64,000 bases of DNA from Chrysomallon squamiferum (GCA_012295275.1 CM022665.1:37386001-37450000), one strand, 5' to 3'; positions 13,501-25,648 are shown, counted from the stretch's first letter. The notes: generated by a model not told the origin, from the sequence alone. Numbers and translations are program-made.

Positions 13501-16500
13501 AGTGAAAAATACCTTCGAATCTCCTGTGGTGGGTGGTGGTAATTCCTTCATCCATTCCAGTTTGTCATATTCAATTTTATCCATGTGAAGCCATTCCTTC
13601 TTAGGAGCCAAAGGAAGATCAGCAATTTCTGTTGGAAATAAAAATATAGTTGGTTAAAACAAAAAGCTATGTAATTTATTTTTGTTATTTTTTTTTTTTT
13701 CAACTAAATAAACAAGGATTTTAATTTCAGTATTCTAGTTTTATCCAGATATTTTGTTAATTCTGTCCATGTCTTAATCAAAATCAAATGAAGTGATACA
13801 AACATAAATATACGTATGTTTTTCCATGGTTTCAATATTATAAATAACTTTGTTTTTCATTACTAAAACTTTAAATTTTAATTAAAAAAAAAAAAAAAAA
13901 CACCATCATGCACACCAAAAAAGAAAATGAAAAACAAATAAACAGCAAAATATAAGTAAAATAATAGAAGCATTCAAATATATAATCTGTAATCATGTTC
14001 CATACCTTTTTCTTTCTTCTTGCCACTTTTTGTCTTCGATTTATTATCTTCTTTTGGGCTATCATCTGTTTCCATAGCTTCTTCTGATGATTTTTGTTCT
14101 TTCCTCAAATTTTTAAGATATTCAACAAGTTTTGGATCTGCAAATATTTAAAGGACATCTGATTAATAACATTTTTCTTCATGAAAATCCAAATTGAATA
14201 TAATCTGATCAACATTTCAAAATAATATTATTTTAACTAAGTGTTTTTTTCTATCCATTCCTTATGCAGTGGTACCTTGACTTACGAGTTTAATTTGTTC
14301 TGTGACTGAGCTTTTATCTCAATTTGCTCATATATCAAATCAATTTTCCCAACTGAAATTAACTGAAATACCATCAATCCATTCCAGCTCCCAAAACCAA
14401 CCCATTTTTTTTCTTCTTTTTGTAACGTGTTTTTAAATAAGAAAAATGTATTTATAAATGAGAAATATTGTATAAAAAGAAAAAAAAAGAAAATATAAAG
14501 AAATAAATTGATTTTGTAAAGTGTATTTATCACAGACAAATTATTTTAACATCTTTGGCTGGAGTTACAGTCTTTATCAACTGCATCAGCTTCAGTATGG
14601 TACATATCGTAGAAGTACTATGCTCGTTCTGCCTAGCCAAGTCAATTACATGCATACCTTGCTCATGCTTTTCTAAGAATTCAAGCTTTAACTCAACAGA
14701 CATCATCTGCTTCTTCTTCTCAGCATTGTCCTTTGCACTCACTTTCTTAGGATCCATGGTCAGAAAAAATAAATTTGGCAAAATACAGCACAAAACACAA
14801 ATACAACAGAGATGCTTCTGTGGCGAGGAGCCAAGTGAAGAAAATGAGTGAGATGCAGGATGCTGGGTGGATATTGTGTTGTTCATTGCACCAACTAGTG
14901 GCGGCGTATCTGAAGCTCGCTCGTAACTCGGATTTTGGCTTGCAACTCAAAGCAAAAATTAGGCCAGGTGATTGCTTGTTACTTGAAAAACTCATAAGTT
15001 GGGGCACTCATAAGTCAGGGTACCACTGTATTTTAAATACAACATAGCACTTAACCAAAATCACATTTGGATAATAAGCAATACATCCAGCTGCTTTCAA
15101 AAACAATTAAACACAACTTTTGGGTAAAAATTTAAATACATCACTCAAATAATCATAAAGAAGTCTGTCAGTTTTGTGGTAAAATAAATGCCGCCAACTG
15201 GACTAAACTTTAACTAATTTGTGTCTTGTATTAGACAATGAACTTTCAATAGCCTGTACCATGTGAATTAACGTCAGTACTGTCAATCCAAATGTTCATA
15301 ATGATGCTCAATATGCTATCAAGTTTTACAGTTATCATACATACCCAAAGACTCCAGAAGTTTTTTCTGTTCCTCCAAGATTTCTTGTTCTGTCATCGAT
15401 TCCAGCTGTTTGAGATTTTCACTGTGAATTCTTCTCGCCTCCTCTTCTGCTAGTGATGCACTAAGCCCTGTTCCTTTTATTATTTTTGATGAACCAGTAG
15501 CATCTGCAAAATCAAAAGCACAAGATACAAAGATTTAAAAATCAAGAAACAGATTTTAAAAACGATCATTTAAAATGGTTATTTTGAGACCTTGACACAT
15601 TTTATTATTACAAGTTAGTATTACTATTTTTTTTATAACATCTGTCACAGTTGCTAATTTCCAACAGACTTAATGAAATTGATTATGTAAACCATTATGT
15701 CAGGCAAACTCTGTTGCTTCACTACAATATGATTATCTTTAACAACTTGTTGCTTATTCACAAACATGCAATTACATTGATCAAAAGATGATTTATCTGT
15801 TGTATCCAGCATTTCTCCTTGTTTTTGCACTTCCTGCTGCAGAGCAACTCCAAAATCTACAGGACTTGATTTAGCCATCTGTTGAGCAAATATACTTTTC
15901 TTGCCTTGCTTACATCCAGCCTAGTAAAAAAATAAATAAAGATCTATCTATCTATTTGTGTGTGTGTATATATATATATATATATGTATAGATAGAAATA
16001 AAACAAAGATAAAACATGTATTTTCACCAACTTAGTGACAAAACAAATACCAGTATTTATCTAACATCTGTACTGTAAATATTTAAACAAACAACAAACC
16101 CTACTTTGTCCAAGGACAGTAAAAAATATATGACATTAAGACAGGAAATGTAAACCTGAAGCACATATATAAGCAAAACAGTTAATGTAATAACAAACCT
16201 TATTTATTTTAATTTTAGAAACTCAAAAAAGTAAATTACTTATATGTCTAGATTTCTTTATGTCTTTTATATTTAACAGAATATACAAGACCAAGTTCAC
16301 ATCAAATAAATAGTAGTATATACTGACTGGCTCATTTACTGTTCTGTGCATGACTGAAGGAAAAGGCTGAGATGACTGTCTTGGTAAAAGAACAGCTGCA
16401 TTCCTTGTGTCACGTTCCTAAACAAAAAGTTAATTTTTTTAAAATTTTAAAAGACTGAAAATAATTTATATTAAGTAACTAAATGGCTTACTTTGATTAA

Positions 16501-17791
16501 ATAGGTGTATTCTTCTGAACAGTAATAACAGACATTATCGTAATTATAAATTTCTACATTTCTGGCAGTTAAAAAACAATTTATGTTACTAGGTGACAGT
16601 GGTGCCTCAGTGAATAAGTATTTTGTCTGGACAAATTTTGTAAACGTTTGGTAAATTATTATACATAGAAAAGGATATCCTGCACAGGTTAGTGTACTAC
16701 CAATTGGCTACAGCCAGTTCCACATAGTGTTTGTACACATTTCAAAAATTGTAGAGCCATTTCATTCAGGTAACATTAAACAATTTTAACAAGAAAACAA
16801 TAAAACATTGTACAAAAATAGTGTTAAGTAAACTTACAATGATTTGTGTAAGAATTGTAGCCATATGTTTATCATGTTCTGTAAAGAAAATAAATATCAA
16901 ATGTTTAAAAACACTTAACACTTAAATATATATAAGCAGAACAAAATATATTTTTAATGGTGATTTCCTAAAGTTTAATATTTCCTCTTCATTAATAGTT
17001 TAAAAAAAAAAAAATAATAAAATATAAACTCTATAAATCATGATTTTTCTGGTTCTACTAGCTTTTGGTGTAAAATATAAAACATTTACTATAGTATATA
17101 TTCAGCATATTATTACAAAGTTTTATTACATTATTCTTACAAGTCTTATAGCATTTTATTTAGTTAGTATAAAGCCTTAAATAGAAAAATGTTAAATTTA
17201 AAATGTACTGTCTAATCTTTCATATGGATTGTCCTCAACATTTTTTTCCACAGCAGCTTCTTGAGATGCTCGGAACCTGGATTTTTTGGCTGGAACTGGT
17301 TCCAGGTCAGGGGCCTTTAATGGGAGTGCTGCAATATATAGATATGTTAATATATAATTACTCATTATGACACATCAGAAATAAAAGATTAATGTCTATA
17401 TCTGTATAAGTTTTAATTTTGAGCAATAATAGAAATTACAATGAAGTGTAATTTGATAGGTGTTTTTTTTATTAGTTATTTAAGTGTACGAATTATTAGT
17501 TGGAGAAAATAAATATGAACTTAACTTTTACATTTATAATGACAATTATAAAAGAAAAAGAAGTTATTTATAAATTGATATATACAGACAGTTAATATAT
17601 TTTTACAACCTACCTTCCATTTTAACTTGATCTCTGCCATCGCCACTAGACTCAGGTTTCCTCTTGTCTGTTCTTTTGACAATGCTTGCTGCTGCATCTT
17701 TTCCAGAATTAAGAAATTCCTTTTGAAATTTCAGAAGATCTTCTTCAGTTTCACCTTTTTTAGGTCTTTGGAGCATGTTTGGAAAGTCCAT
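344..17791 (-). CDS. RPAP1: RNA polymerase II-associated protein 1 (spliced, 30 coding exons in window, 3' end beyond left edge)
   Basis: GT-AG exons traced by hand in transcript order: 17614-17791, 17209-17328, 16838-16878, 16328-16417, 15776-15920 (donor uncertain), 15345-15503, 14006-14137, 13513-13628, 12843-12944, 12292-12393, 11752-11919, 11184-11327, 10600-10737, 10350-10419, 10057-10160, 9669-9725, 9231-9332, 8741-8908, 8400-8547, 7821-7892, 7368-7477, 6648-6846, 5790-5936, 5418-5542, 4742-4945, 2711-2836, 2124-2275, 1648-1780, 1082-1247, 344-571 (sum 3946 nt, ~1315 codons). Recognised RPAP1 motifs: N-terminal MLQRPKKGETEEDLLKFQ; KSIFAQ; IHSENLKQLESMTEQEILEEQKKLLESLDPKLVEYL (RPAP1_N); ARFDFHG...[25 protein letters not shown]..QQR (RPAP1_C); LLPCDWMYLPL; QYQAVSFGD. 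Phases agree at all junctions except 9669/9332. Confidence 0.95.
3120..4614 (+). mobile_element. Degraded, internally deleted Tigger/pogo (Tc1/mariner superfamily) DNA transposon in an RPAP1 intron
   Basis: Left end TA|CAGTCAAAACTGG; the right end reads CAGTCAAACTTGG in reverse complement. Residual transposase on the plus strand: FLFIDNVPSHP*LSNVKFVILSPNTSSRSQLMDQGINQTMKLKYHK (~3800-3950; DDE_1 motifs DNxxxH and PNTTSxxQPMDQG), an acidic stretch, and terminal KQSKITRF (~4438-4461). Many stops and frameshifts. Confidence 0.85.
14267..15028 (-). mobile_element. Non-autonomous Tigger/pogo element retaining the N-terminal CENP-B/psq-type HTH
   Basis: 23-bp TIRs CAGTGGTACCTTGACTTACGAGT / CAGTGGTACCCTGACTTATGAGT (2 mismatches), flanked by TG and TA (TA target site). 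ORF 14757-14530: MDPKKVSAKDNAEKKKQMMSVELKLEFLEKHEQGMHVIDLARQNEHSTSTICTILK. Confidence 0.9.
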
Positions 17792-17905
17792 ACTCTATAG
17801 CTAGAACTAGTAGAAGTAATTTTGCAAATAAATCGAGAATAGCGTTTAAATTTTACATGATCTTGTTGAGCACCATTTACTAAATGCAAAAATGTAAAAA
17901 AAAAA

Positions 17906-17938
<33 letters not shown>

Positions 17939-18293
17939 TGCACTGGTATCAGTGTATGATTATTATCTTCCTTTCTTATAAAAAAAAAATAATAATAATA
18001 AAATAAAATATTTATTAGAAATAGTAGCTCTGTTAACCACGATAAAACTCTTTACCAGCACACCATTATGATTATGGATGTCAGATAATTTGTCCCTCAC
18101 TTGTGCACGAAGATTATCAAGCCAAAAAAGTTACAATAACAATATCCGAGTAATAGAACATGCACGGAAACACGGAACTTCAGACTAACAAATACATCCG
18201 ACGAAATTTATTATTAAAAAACAATAACAACGCATATAAAATGAACTGATCAATATATTTCATACTAACCAACCACATTCTAATAATAATTAC

Positions 18294-18366
18294 CTTTCAA
18301 AGACAGAATCATTAATTTAATTTACTCAAGTAACTTTACGATTGTACATGGAGGCATCCATCTTTA
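18294..18366 (-). other. RPAP1: Probable non-coding 5'UTR first exon of RPAP1
   Basis: Strong donor AAG|GTAATT at 18294/18293, an AAGATGG YY1-like element near its 5' end, CpG-retaining context, and acceptor-like TAGs just upstream of the ATG at 17791. The TSS position is approximate. Confidence 0.5.
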
Positions 18367-18638
18367 AATTAAGAAAAGGGCCAAGGAAAAACCGAAAATA
18401 CAAAATGCAAGTACAACACTGAAAGAAAGTGGATATATTATTTTTGTGCACCTGTCTGTATCTGCATGTGTATATTAATATTGTGTAATATTTGGACGAA
18501 TGTTTCAGCCAAATACCTTGGATCCGGACGTTTTATCGAAATAAATTTAATATATATATAACTGTATATGAGATGGTATGTATAGTCAAATATTGTGCTA
18601 ATTAAAAAAAAAAAAAAAAAAAATAATAATAATAATAA

Positions 18639-18669
<31 letters not shown>

Positions 18670-19700
18670 TATTATTATTATTATTATTTTTTTTTTTTTT
18701 TTTGAATAAAATAAGTGAAAATATGAAAATCAGTGTCATTTTAAAATTATTTATTAGCACAATATTTGACTATACATACCATTTCGTATACAGTTTTGAG
18801 AGGTAGGCTGACCATTTTACGTTGTGTCTGACACCATGGAGGAATTCAGGAATGGGCATACACACAGATGCTCTATCCTCACACTGACTCTGATCTGAAA
18901 TTAAACATACAATTCTGTTCGTCCTTTTGGGGTCGGACACCAATATTATCTTAGAGTAGGATGCCACAAACCCGAACACAGTCATACTGTAAGCACTCAA
19001 CAAGAGCTTGCAATTTGTTGTGACATATCTATAGGGAACAATTAAATTCATCTCCTCTCATCGTATCACAAAACTGATGAAAGTCATTATATAATTCATA
19101 TATTTTAATAAGACCCAAAGACCTAATCTTTTGCCACACGGCCTTGTCAGTAGTGAATATTCACATGATTACCGAATAAAGAGCATGTTCTACATCTTGC
19201 TCAAAGTCAACTGTTACTACAGAAGGATACTACACACGAAGCATGGTTTCGTGTGTAGTTTGGACTCTGTATTGGAGCAGAGTATAGGGAACTGGCCCTT
19301 TCAAGGACACTAAAGTTAGCCAACTATAATTTTTAAGCAGCATTTAAACAGGACAGAGTCGCATGAATTCAAATCCAATTAACTGGTCAACTGGCTAAAA
19401 TGTCATTCGAAACGTCCGTTCACCGTGTTATTTATATAATTTTAATTGTTTAATTTGTCAGATTGTAAGAGACTGTAATGTTGTTTGTTTTTAACTAAAG
19501 CCGATAACACTCTCACTAATAAAATAACAACAGTTAGAACATTTAATACAACGATAATATCAACAATAATAAATGGTGATACCTTTCGCATCTTTTCGGT
19601 GTTTCAAATGACCGAAGAAACGAGCATGCGCTGAATTAACTTCCTGAAACTATAGAAACCGATCTAACAAATTTGTTTCTGACAGATGTGAATTACTACT
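18360..19700. promoter_or_regulatory. Divergent (head-to-head) promoter interval of RPAP1 and TCTE1
   Basis: Lies between the inferred first exons of oppositely oriented genes and retains CpGs. On the TCTE1 side: GCATGCGC (NRF1-like, ~19624), CTTCCTG (ETS-like, 19640) and a partial RFX X-box GAAACTATAGAAAC (19646-19659). Confidence 0.55.
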
Positions 19701-19748
19701 GAAAAGACAGCTTTAACTTAACACTTCTTGTTATATTTGAAAACACAG
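19660..19748 (+). other. TCTE1: Probable non-coding 5'UTR exon of TCTE1
   Basis: Donor CAG|GTAAAT at 19748/19749 pairs with acceptor TTTTATTTCAG ending 20241, 13 nt before the ATG at 20255. Start is approximate. Confidence 0.55.
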
Positions 19749-20254
19749 GTAAATTAACTGGGGACATAATTTTGCCAAAGTTGCAATTTACTGATTTAAC
19801 ATTTAAGTAAGAATTCATAATGTATTATTATAATGTTCTAAGGTCTTCATGATTAAAAAAGAAAAAAACCGTTGATATGTATACCACGACATTTTCAATG
19901 CTATCTTTATTCAGTTATTATCTGCATAAAACGAATTCTTAAAATATAAGTTAAACAAAATTAAATGCTTAACATTCTCTGTTAAATTCTACTTCTGTTT
20001 AGTTTTAAATTTCAGTGCATCTTTTTACTTGTGGAAATATGCAGACGTTAAACTCCAAGGCCGCCAACAACAACAACAAAAACAAACATATTAAAGATAT
20101 ACATTTATATATATAATATCTTCTAACATTTTATGAAATGAAATTTATTTAGATTTTTAAAACAAATTTAGCTTAATATATTCAAATTTAAGAAAGTAGC
20201 ATTACTGGCAAACTTATATAATAATAATACTTTTATTTCAGGACTTAGAAAACA

Positions 20255-22510
20255 ATGGCAGAGCCTCCTCTGAATGATGCAGAACAGCCAGGAGACACAG
20301 CTGACCAGCAATCAAACCCAGCAGAAGATGACTCCAAGAGTGGACAGAAGAGTCAGCCTGGTTCAAAACCAGGTTCCAAGACTGGATCACGGCCCGGCTC
20401 GGCCCAGTCTCAGAAAAGTGTTAAAAGTGATGGAGGCAAAAAGAGTCGTGAATCTCTTCTCTCACCCTCAGGTTCAGCCAAGGACAATCCAGCAGCAGAC
20501 CTGAGAAAGATGAGAAGAATAATTGCTGAGGATCCTGAGTGGTCCCTAGCAACAGTTCCCATGCTTTCAGAAATGTGTATCAGTCACATTGTAAAGGATT
20601 TTGAAAGTATGTTTTGAAAGATGTATAGGGTTTTGATCACATATATCCTGCTTCTTGATATATTTTATTACTATTTCTAATTCATACTGAGCATGAGATT
20701 TTGTGAAATAAGTAAAAAGTCAGACAGACTTGTAATATTTTATAGTTTGACAGTTCAATATTTTCTTTGTTGAATATGATAAACTAGCCTTTATAATTTA
20801 TATAAAGTTTTATGTTTTGTACAATAACATTGCTTATCTTCATTTGCAGACAATTCTGAAATTTTAAATGAGTTACTTCCAAAACACAGGAGTAAAGTTT
20901 TGGAGAAAATATCAGTTGACATTCCTCTTAAAGTGACAGCTAACCTTGTGGATGAAGAAGACTACTGGAAGCGTTGCTGCAAGAACCGCTGGGAAATCTG
21001 TGATATTTCTGCCTTTGGAGACAGCTGGAAGAGAATGTATTTTGAGAGAAACCTCCAAGAAATTATTGAACACTTTGTACCTGAAACCACAGACCCTATA
21101 CAGCTGAATGAAACACTCCCTCTGTCTGCCCATTATGTAAAGAAACTTGATATTAAGCAGCTGCTTCCACCAGTTAGAGAAGCACCAAAGGGACCAGACT
21201 TTGATGAAGCTTCAGATGCAGGCAGTGATGCTGGAGATGAGCCTGAATGTGACCACTTTAACTTCAGTGCAGCTCTGAAAGCTCTGCCAAATATAGAAGA
21301 ACTCCATTTAACATATGGAGTGCGTGACTGTGGCATGAACTTTGAGTGGAATTTATTTCAGTTCACAGCCAGAGACTGTTTACAGCTTGCAGAAAGCATT
21401 GCAAAGTGCAAAACTCTTAAGGTTTTGAGACTGCACAGAAGCAAAGTGGATGATGACAAAGTTAGGGTTTTGATAAGTCACATACTTGACCACCCTGGAC
21501 TCATTACATTGGACTTATCACACAACTTGATCAGTGATCGTGGGGCGAGGGCTATTGGGAAGTTCATCAACAACCACAGCAACTTAGTTCGACTGAATCT
21601 GTGTGACAACCAGATAAAGGTGGCTGGTGCTCAAGCCATTGCTCATGCTCTGACAAAAAATACAACTCTAGAGTACCTAAGTCTGAGATTAAACAAATTG
21701 GGAGATGAAGGTGGACAAGCAATCTGTCGTTCCTTGCTGAAGAACTCCACACTGAAGGAAATCAACCTTGGCAGCAATGATATCAGTGAACCAACAGCAG
21801 CCATTCTGTCACAGGTTGTCATGGTGAACAATACTGTGAAATCTATTGACTTGTCTTGCAATAGAATTGGTCCAGTAAGTATTTATGTATTTACCATTTT
21901 GTTTTACATCCATACAGTTTAAAAAATATGTAAAAGAAGAAGCTTCATGTGCTGAAATGTGTTCTTTTTATTTTCAAAACTGATTTGCTCCTGAGAAAGG
22001 AGTTATGAACTACCAAGCACACCTTCAATTTTTCTTAATGTTTAAGAGTTACCTCTCTTGGTTTACTCAGCTGTGGAATGGTGACAAATGTTCTCTTCAT
22101 CCTTTTAGATGTCCATTAATTATCTCCCTTTCTGACAAATAAATTTAATGTTTAAATAGGTAAAAATATTTGAATGTTTTTTCTCATTTCATAATTATTA
22201 ACTTTAAATTTGGACAGTTTTAAAATGTCCTGAAATATTCTTTTAAAAATATTTTTCAATCATATTATAGGATGGAGGCAAACAGCTTCAAGAAGGTATG
22301 GAAGAGAACACAACCATCACCAGCATGGATCTGAGGTTGACAGACTGTGGCCAGGAGTCAGAGTACTGCATCAACCAGATCTTACATCGCAATCAGGAAC
22401 AAGAGCGAGAAGCTTTGATAAAAGAGTTAGAGGCTAATAAACCACCACAGAAGAAAGTAGCTGAGCCACAGGCTGCCCATCGCTACAAACACCCTGTATC
22501 TCGAGCCTAA
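20255..22510 (+). CDS. TCTE1: Dynein regulatory complex subunit 5 / T-complex-associated testis-expressed protein 1 (LRR protein), 3 coding exons, 538 aa
   Basis: Exons 20255-20606, 20850-21874 and 22271-22510 have canonical GT-AG sites and matching phases (1, 0); 1617 nt including TAA. Hallmarks: RKMRRIIAEDPEWSLATVPML, YWKRCC..RW, SWKRMYFER, LTYGVRDCGMNFEWNLFQFT, RI-like LRRs, DGGKQLQEGM...DLRLTDCGQESEY. Confidence 0.96.
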
Positions 22511-22677
22511 CTGTACACTGATCCAAACTTAATACTGTTTTTATTATTATAGAAAACTGAAACATGCTCTCACAGTGTTTAGATTACTATTGATTACATA
22601 ATTGTACGGTGATTTGAAGTTAATTATTTTGATTCCTATAGGAATTGTTGAAATATAATGTCTTGAGCTTAACTGAA

Positions 22678-22683
22678 AATAAA
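22678..22683 (+). terminator. Candidate polyadenylation signal of TCTE1
   Basis: First AATAAA after the stop codon, followed by a T-rich tract. Several further AATAAA occur downstream in AT-rich sequence. Confidence 0.35.
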
Positions 22684-23486
22684 CATGCAGAATAACCATT
22701 ATCCTGCAAGTATTTATTAGTTCTTTTTTAAAAAAAGCAAAATGTTTATTTATTTTTTGTTAAAAATTTCATAAATAAATTATAAATAAATTAGAACAAC
22801 ATCAATAATTTTACATTAAAATAAAAATATTAACAAAACAACTGTTAGAAATGTTTTGTAAATATTGAAGAATATTTGAAATTTAGAAATTTGCGTTATA
22901 TAGATTTAATTTTTTTATTGAAACTTATTTTACGTGTTATTAAAATTGATAATAAAAAATATACGTTATTTAAAAAAAAATTTACTTGCAAATTTTTATT
23001 TATTGTTAAAAACTAAATAAATGTTTGTTACACATAGTTTTTAATATTCTATACTTGATAAAAATAAAATAAAAACAACATGTTATTGAAATTAAATACA
23101 CTGATACTGCTGTTGTATTCAATATTGAAATAAAAGTTAATTTAATTTGGTTGGTTGTTGTCTTATCAATAAACCTAAAATTCAAGTGGCTTGTTTTCCT
23201 ACACAGATTTTGAAATTATTATTGTTTTTGTTATTGCTGTTATTTAAACATTGTCTTGCTGTTAAGACCAGTCTCTTCTGCGAGATCAGTCACATTACTA
23301 GAAGAAAAATGAATCAAGCAGTCAATTTTTCTCAAAATATGGTTTGATTTGGACAAACTTTGGTATTGATTCTGGACATATTAAGCAACAGTTTTGAATT
23401 ATTTTAACATTTAATTATTAAAAAAATAACAAATAATGACAATAAACAAACAAACAAACACATAAATAAAAAAAATGTTTATTGGA

Positions 23487-23500
23487 ATAACAATAATAAC

Positions 23501-23549
<49 letters not shown>
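23487..23549. repeat. (AAT)n microsatellite
   Basis: Direct inspection. Confidence 0.95.
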
Positions 23550-23704
23550 GCTATTTCTAATATTCTGTCATAACAGTAACCTATGAAGTTCAAGATTAAT
23601 GTATTATGGATTTTGCACTGGATATATTCTGTATATAAATAAATAAATATATATATATATATATATTTTTATTTTTATTTTTTATTTTTGTTTACGCCTG
23701 TATG

Positions 23705-23835
23705 CAAGAGCTGCGACTGGTGCGTACGCAGCCCTCATAGTTTGCCGAGATCCGTCAGTCGAGGTGTAAAAAAAAATAAAAATAAAAAAAAATAAGAAAA
23801 GAAATAGTCCAACAATGTGAACTCTATGAGGCTGG
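23705..23835 (-). mobile_element. Possible Helentron/HINE-like mini element
   Basis: Inverted pair CCTCATAG (23733-23740) / CTATGAGG (23824-23831). On the minus strand the second copy is directly followed by hairpin GCTGCG-N11-CGCAGC and then TCTTG, the subTIR + 3' hairpin layout. Confidence 0.35.
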
Positions 23836-25648
23836 TCCTATGTCGTAATGCGCAGTAGAAATATGCAGTTGTCTTTATTATCTCCCTTGCCAATTACTTC
23901 AGATAATGCAGGAAAATGCACCCAACATATAAATTTCTGCGTATATATGTATATATAAAACACCATACGTGTTTTTGTTCCACTATGCTATGATGAACAA
24001 ATTACTGTTTTGAAGCCGGTTTTAGCTTTGTTTTTAGTACGAATAAATACACGTTTTCAGCATCTTAACACAGTGACTAACATAGCCTGTGAAATGATTA
24101 TATATTATTGTTAAGTATGTATTTTCATCATGAGTCCTGTTTTTTAAAGATTGTACTGTATTAGTTTGAAGTCGTATCGTAAACATTGAAATTTCTGTGT
24201 TCTTAGCTCTAAAATTACGCATAAGAGTAGGAAATTGCAGAGAGCGAGTATTTTTATAGAATGTAGCGTCGAGTGACTTAAGATCTTAGGTAAATAATCC
24301 TGGCACCGTATGCACAGAAATCTGCGGATATCCATGATGTAATAGCGGCCTGACCCCGGCAATCGTACTTAAAAACATATGAGTTTGTATTGCACTTTTG
24401 TTTATCCCCGTAACTGATTTTCACTCGTTTCTGCCTAAATATTTAAAAAATAAAGAAGGAAAAAAAGAAGAAATTTCCTGTCATTTATCGGCACGAGTCA
24501 ACCGCTTTGAAATCAATTTCAGGATTTGTCCCAATTCTATGATAATTCAATGACCTACCTTTCATTAATTTAATGCTTAAAATCCGGAAGCACTTCTGAC
24601 AAGCGATTACCAATGAAATTAACGGTTTGTGGTCTCTTTCAACTAAAAACAACCCAGTCAAATTAAAGGACGCTATCTGTGAAATTAGTAGTCACGCTAA
24701 GAGATTAGAATGATAAGGATTTACGTCAGTAGGAACGTAGTCTACTTTTCATGTCGATCCACATCGCCTATTACTGTCATACGTAAAGACGTCTAAAGGA
24801 CACAAGAGATATACCAAAAGTGAACGTCATCATCCAAATACATATAGCTTTTCTTTCAGAACTGTTAATACTTTAGCTTGGTAAGCTGTATATTAGATGG
24901 CCTTTTTAAATTGGACTGTTATCTGCATTTTTAGCTGGACAATCAATAATGGTTAAGGATAGAAGTACCCCATAAACAGGACTTAAGGGTGACAAAGCAA
25001 AATACTGAATTAACACTGGACCATGGAAGTATTGTATAGATAAGTTATTAAGAACATTTCACGATTTGTTACCGGGGTATATTTTGATGTAAAAACCAAA
25101 ATACATATCCAAAACGTTGTCGGCTCATAAATGTAGTTAAGGTATGTTTCTTGTAGATAAAATACTTAAAATATGAATTCTGTCCAAATAAACTCGAAAT
25201 TATATGGAACCACTAACATACTGTGGAATCGTCATAAAAAAAGAAGAATAATTAATCATTCTTCAATCTGAAATCAATGTGTATACTTCGCAAAATTAAT
25301 GAGATGGAAATCTGTGCTTTAGTTTTGGCATCACGTAATCATAAATATTCATTATTATCATACGCCAATCGATCGACTGCTTACAGAAGGTCACACACAA
25401 ATCTGTGAGGAATTCCTAACCAATAATGTGAGGAAAGATATAATGTTATTTTATTTGGCACCTGTTAAAAAACATACTGTAGTTTAATAACAAATGTTAT
25501 TATTTCACGTCGTGCGATACCATTTTCCATTGCAGATATTTTAATACTCAAACAAGTTTCATGATTGCTATGGGCAGAGTCATAAAAAAATGAGACATTC
25601 ATAAATATAAACGACTGTGCGGAAAACGATAGTGGAAAAGTTAATTAT

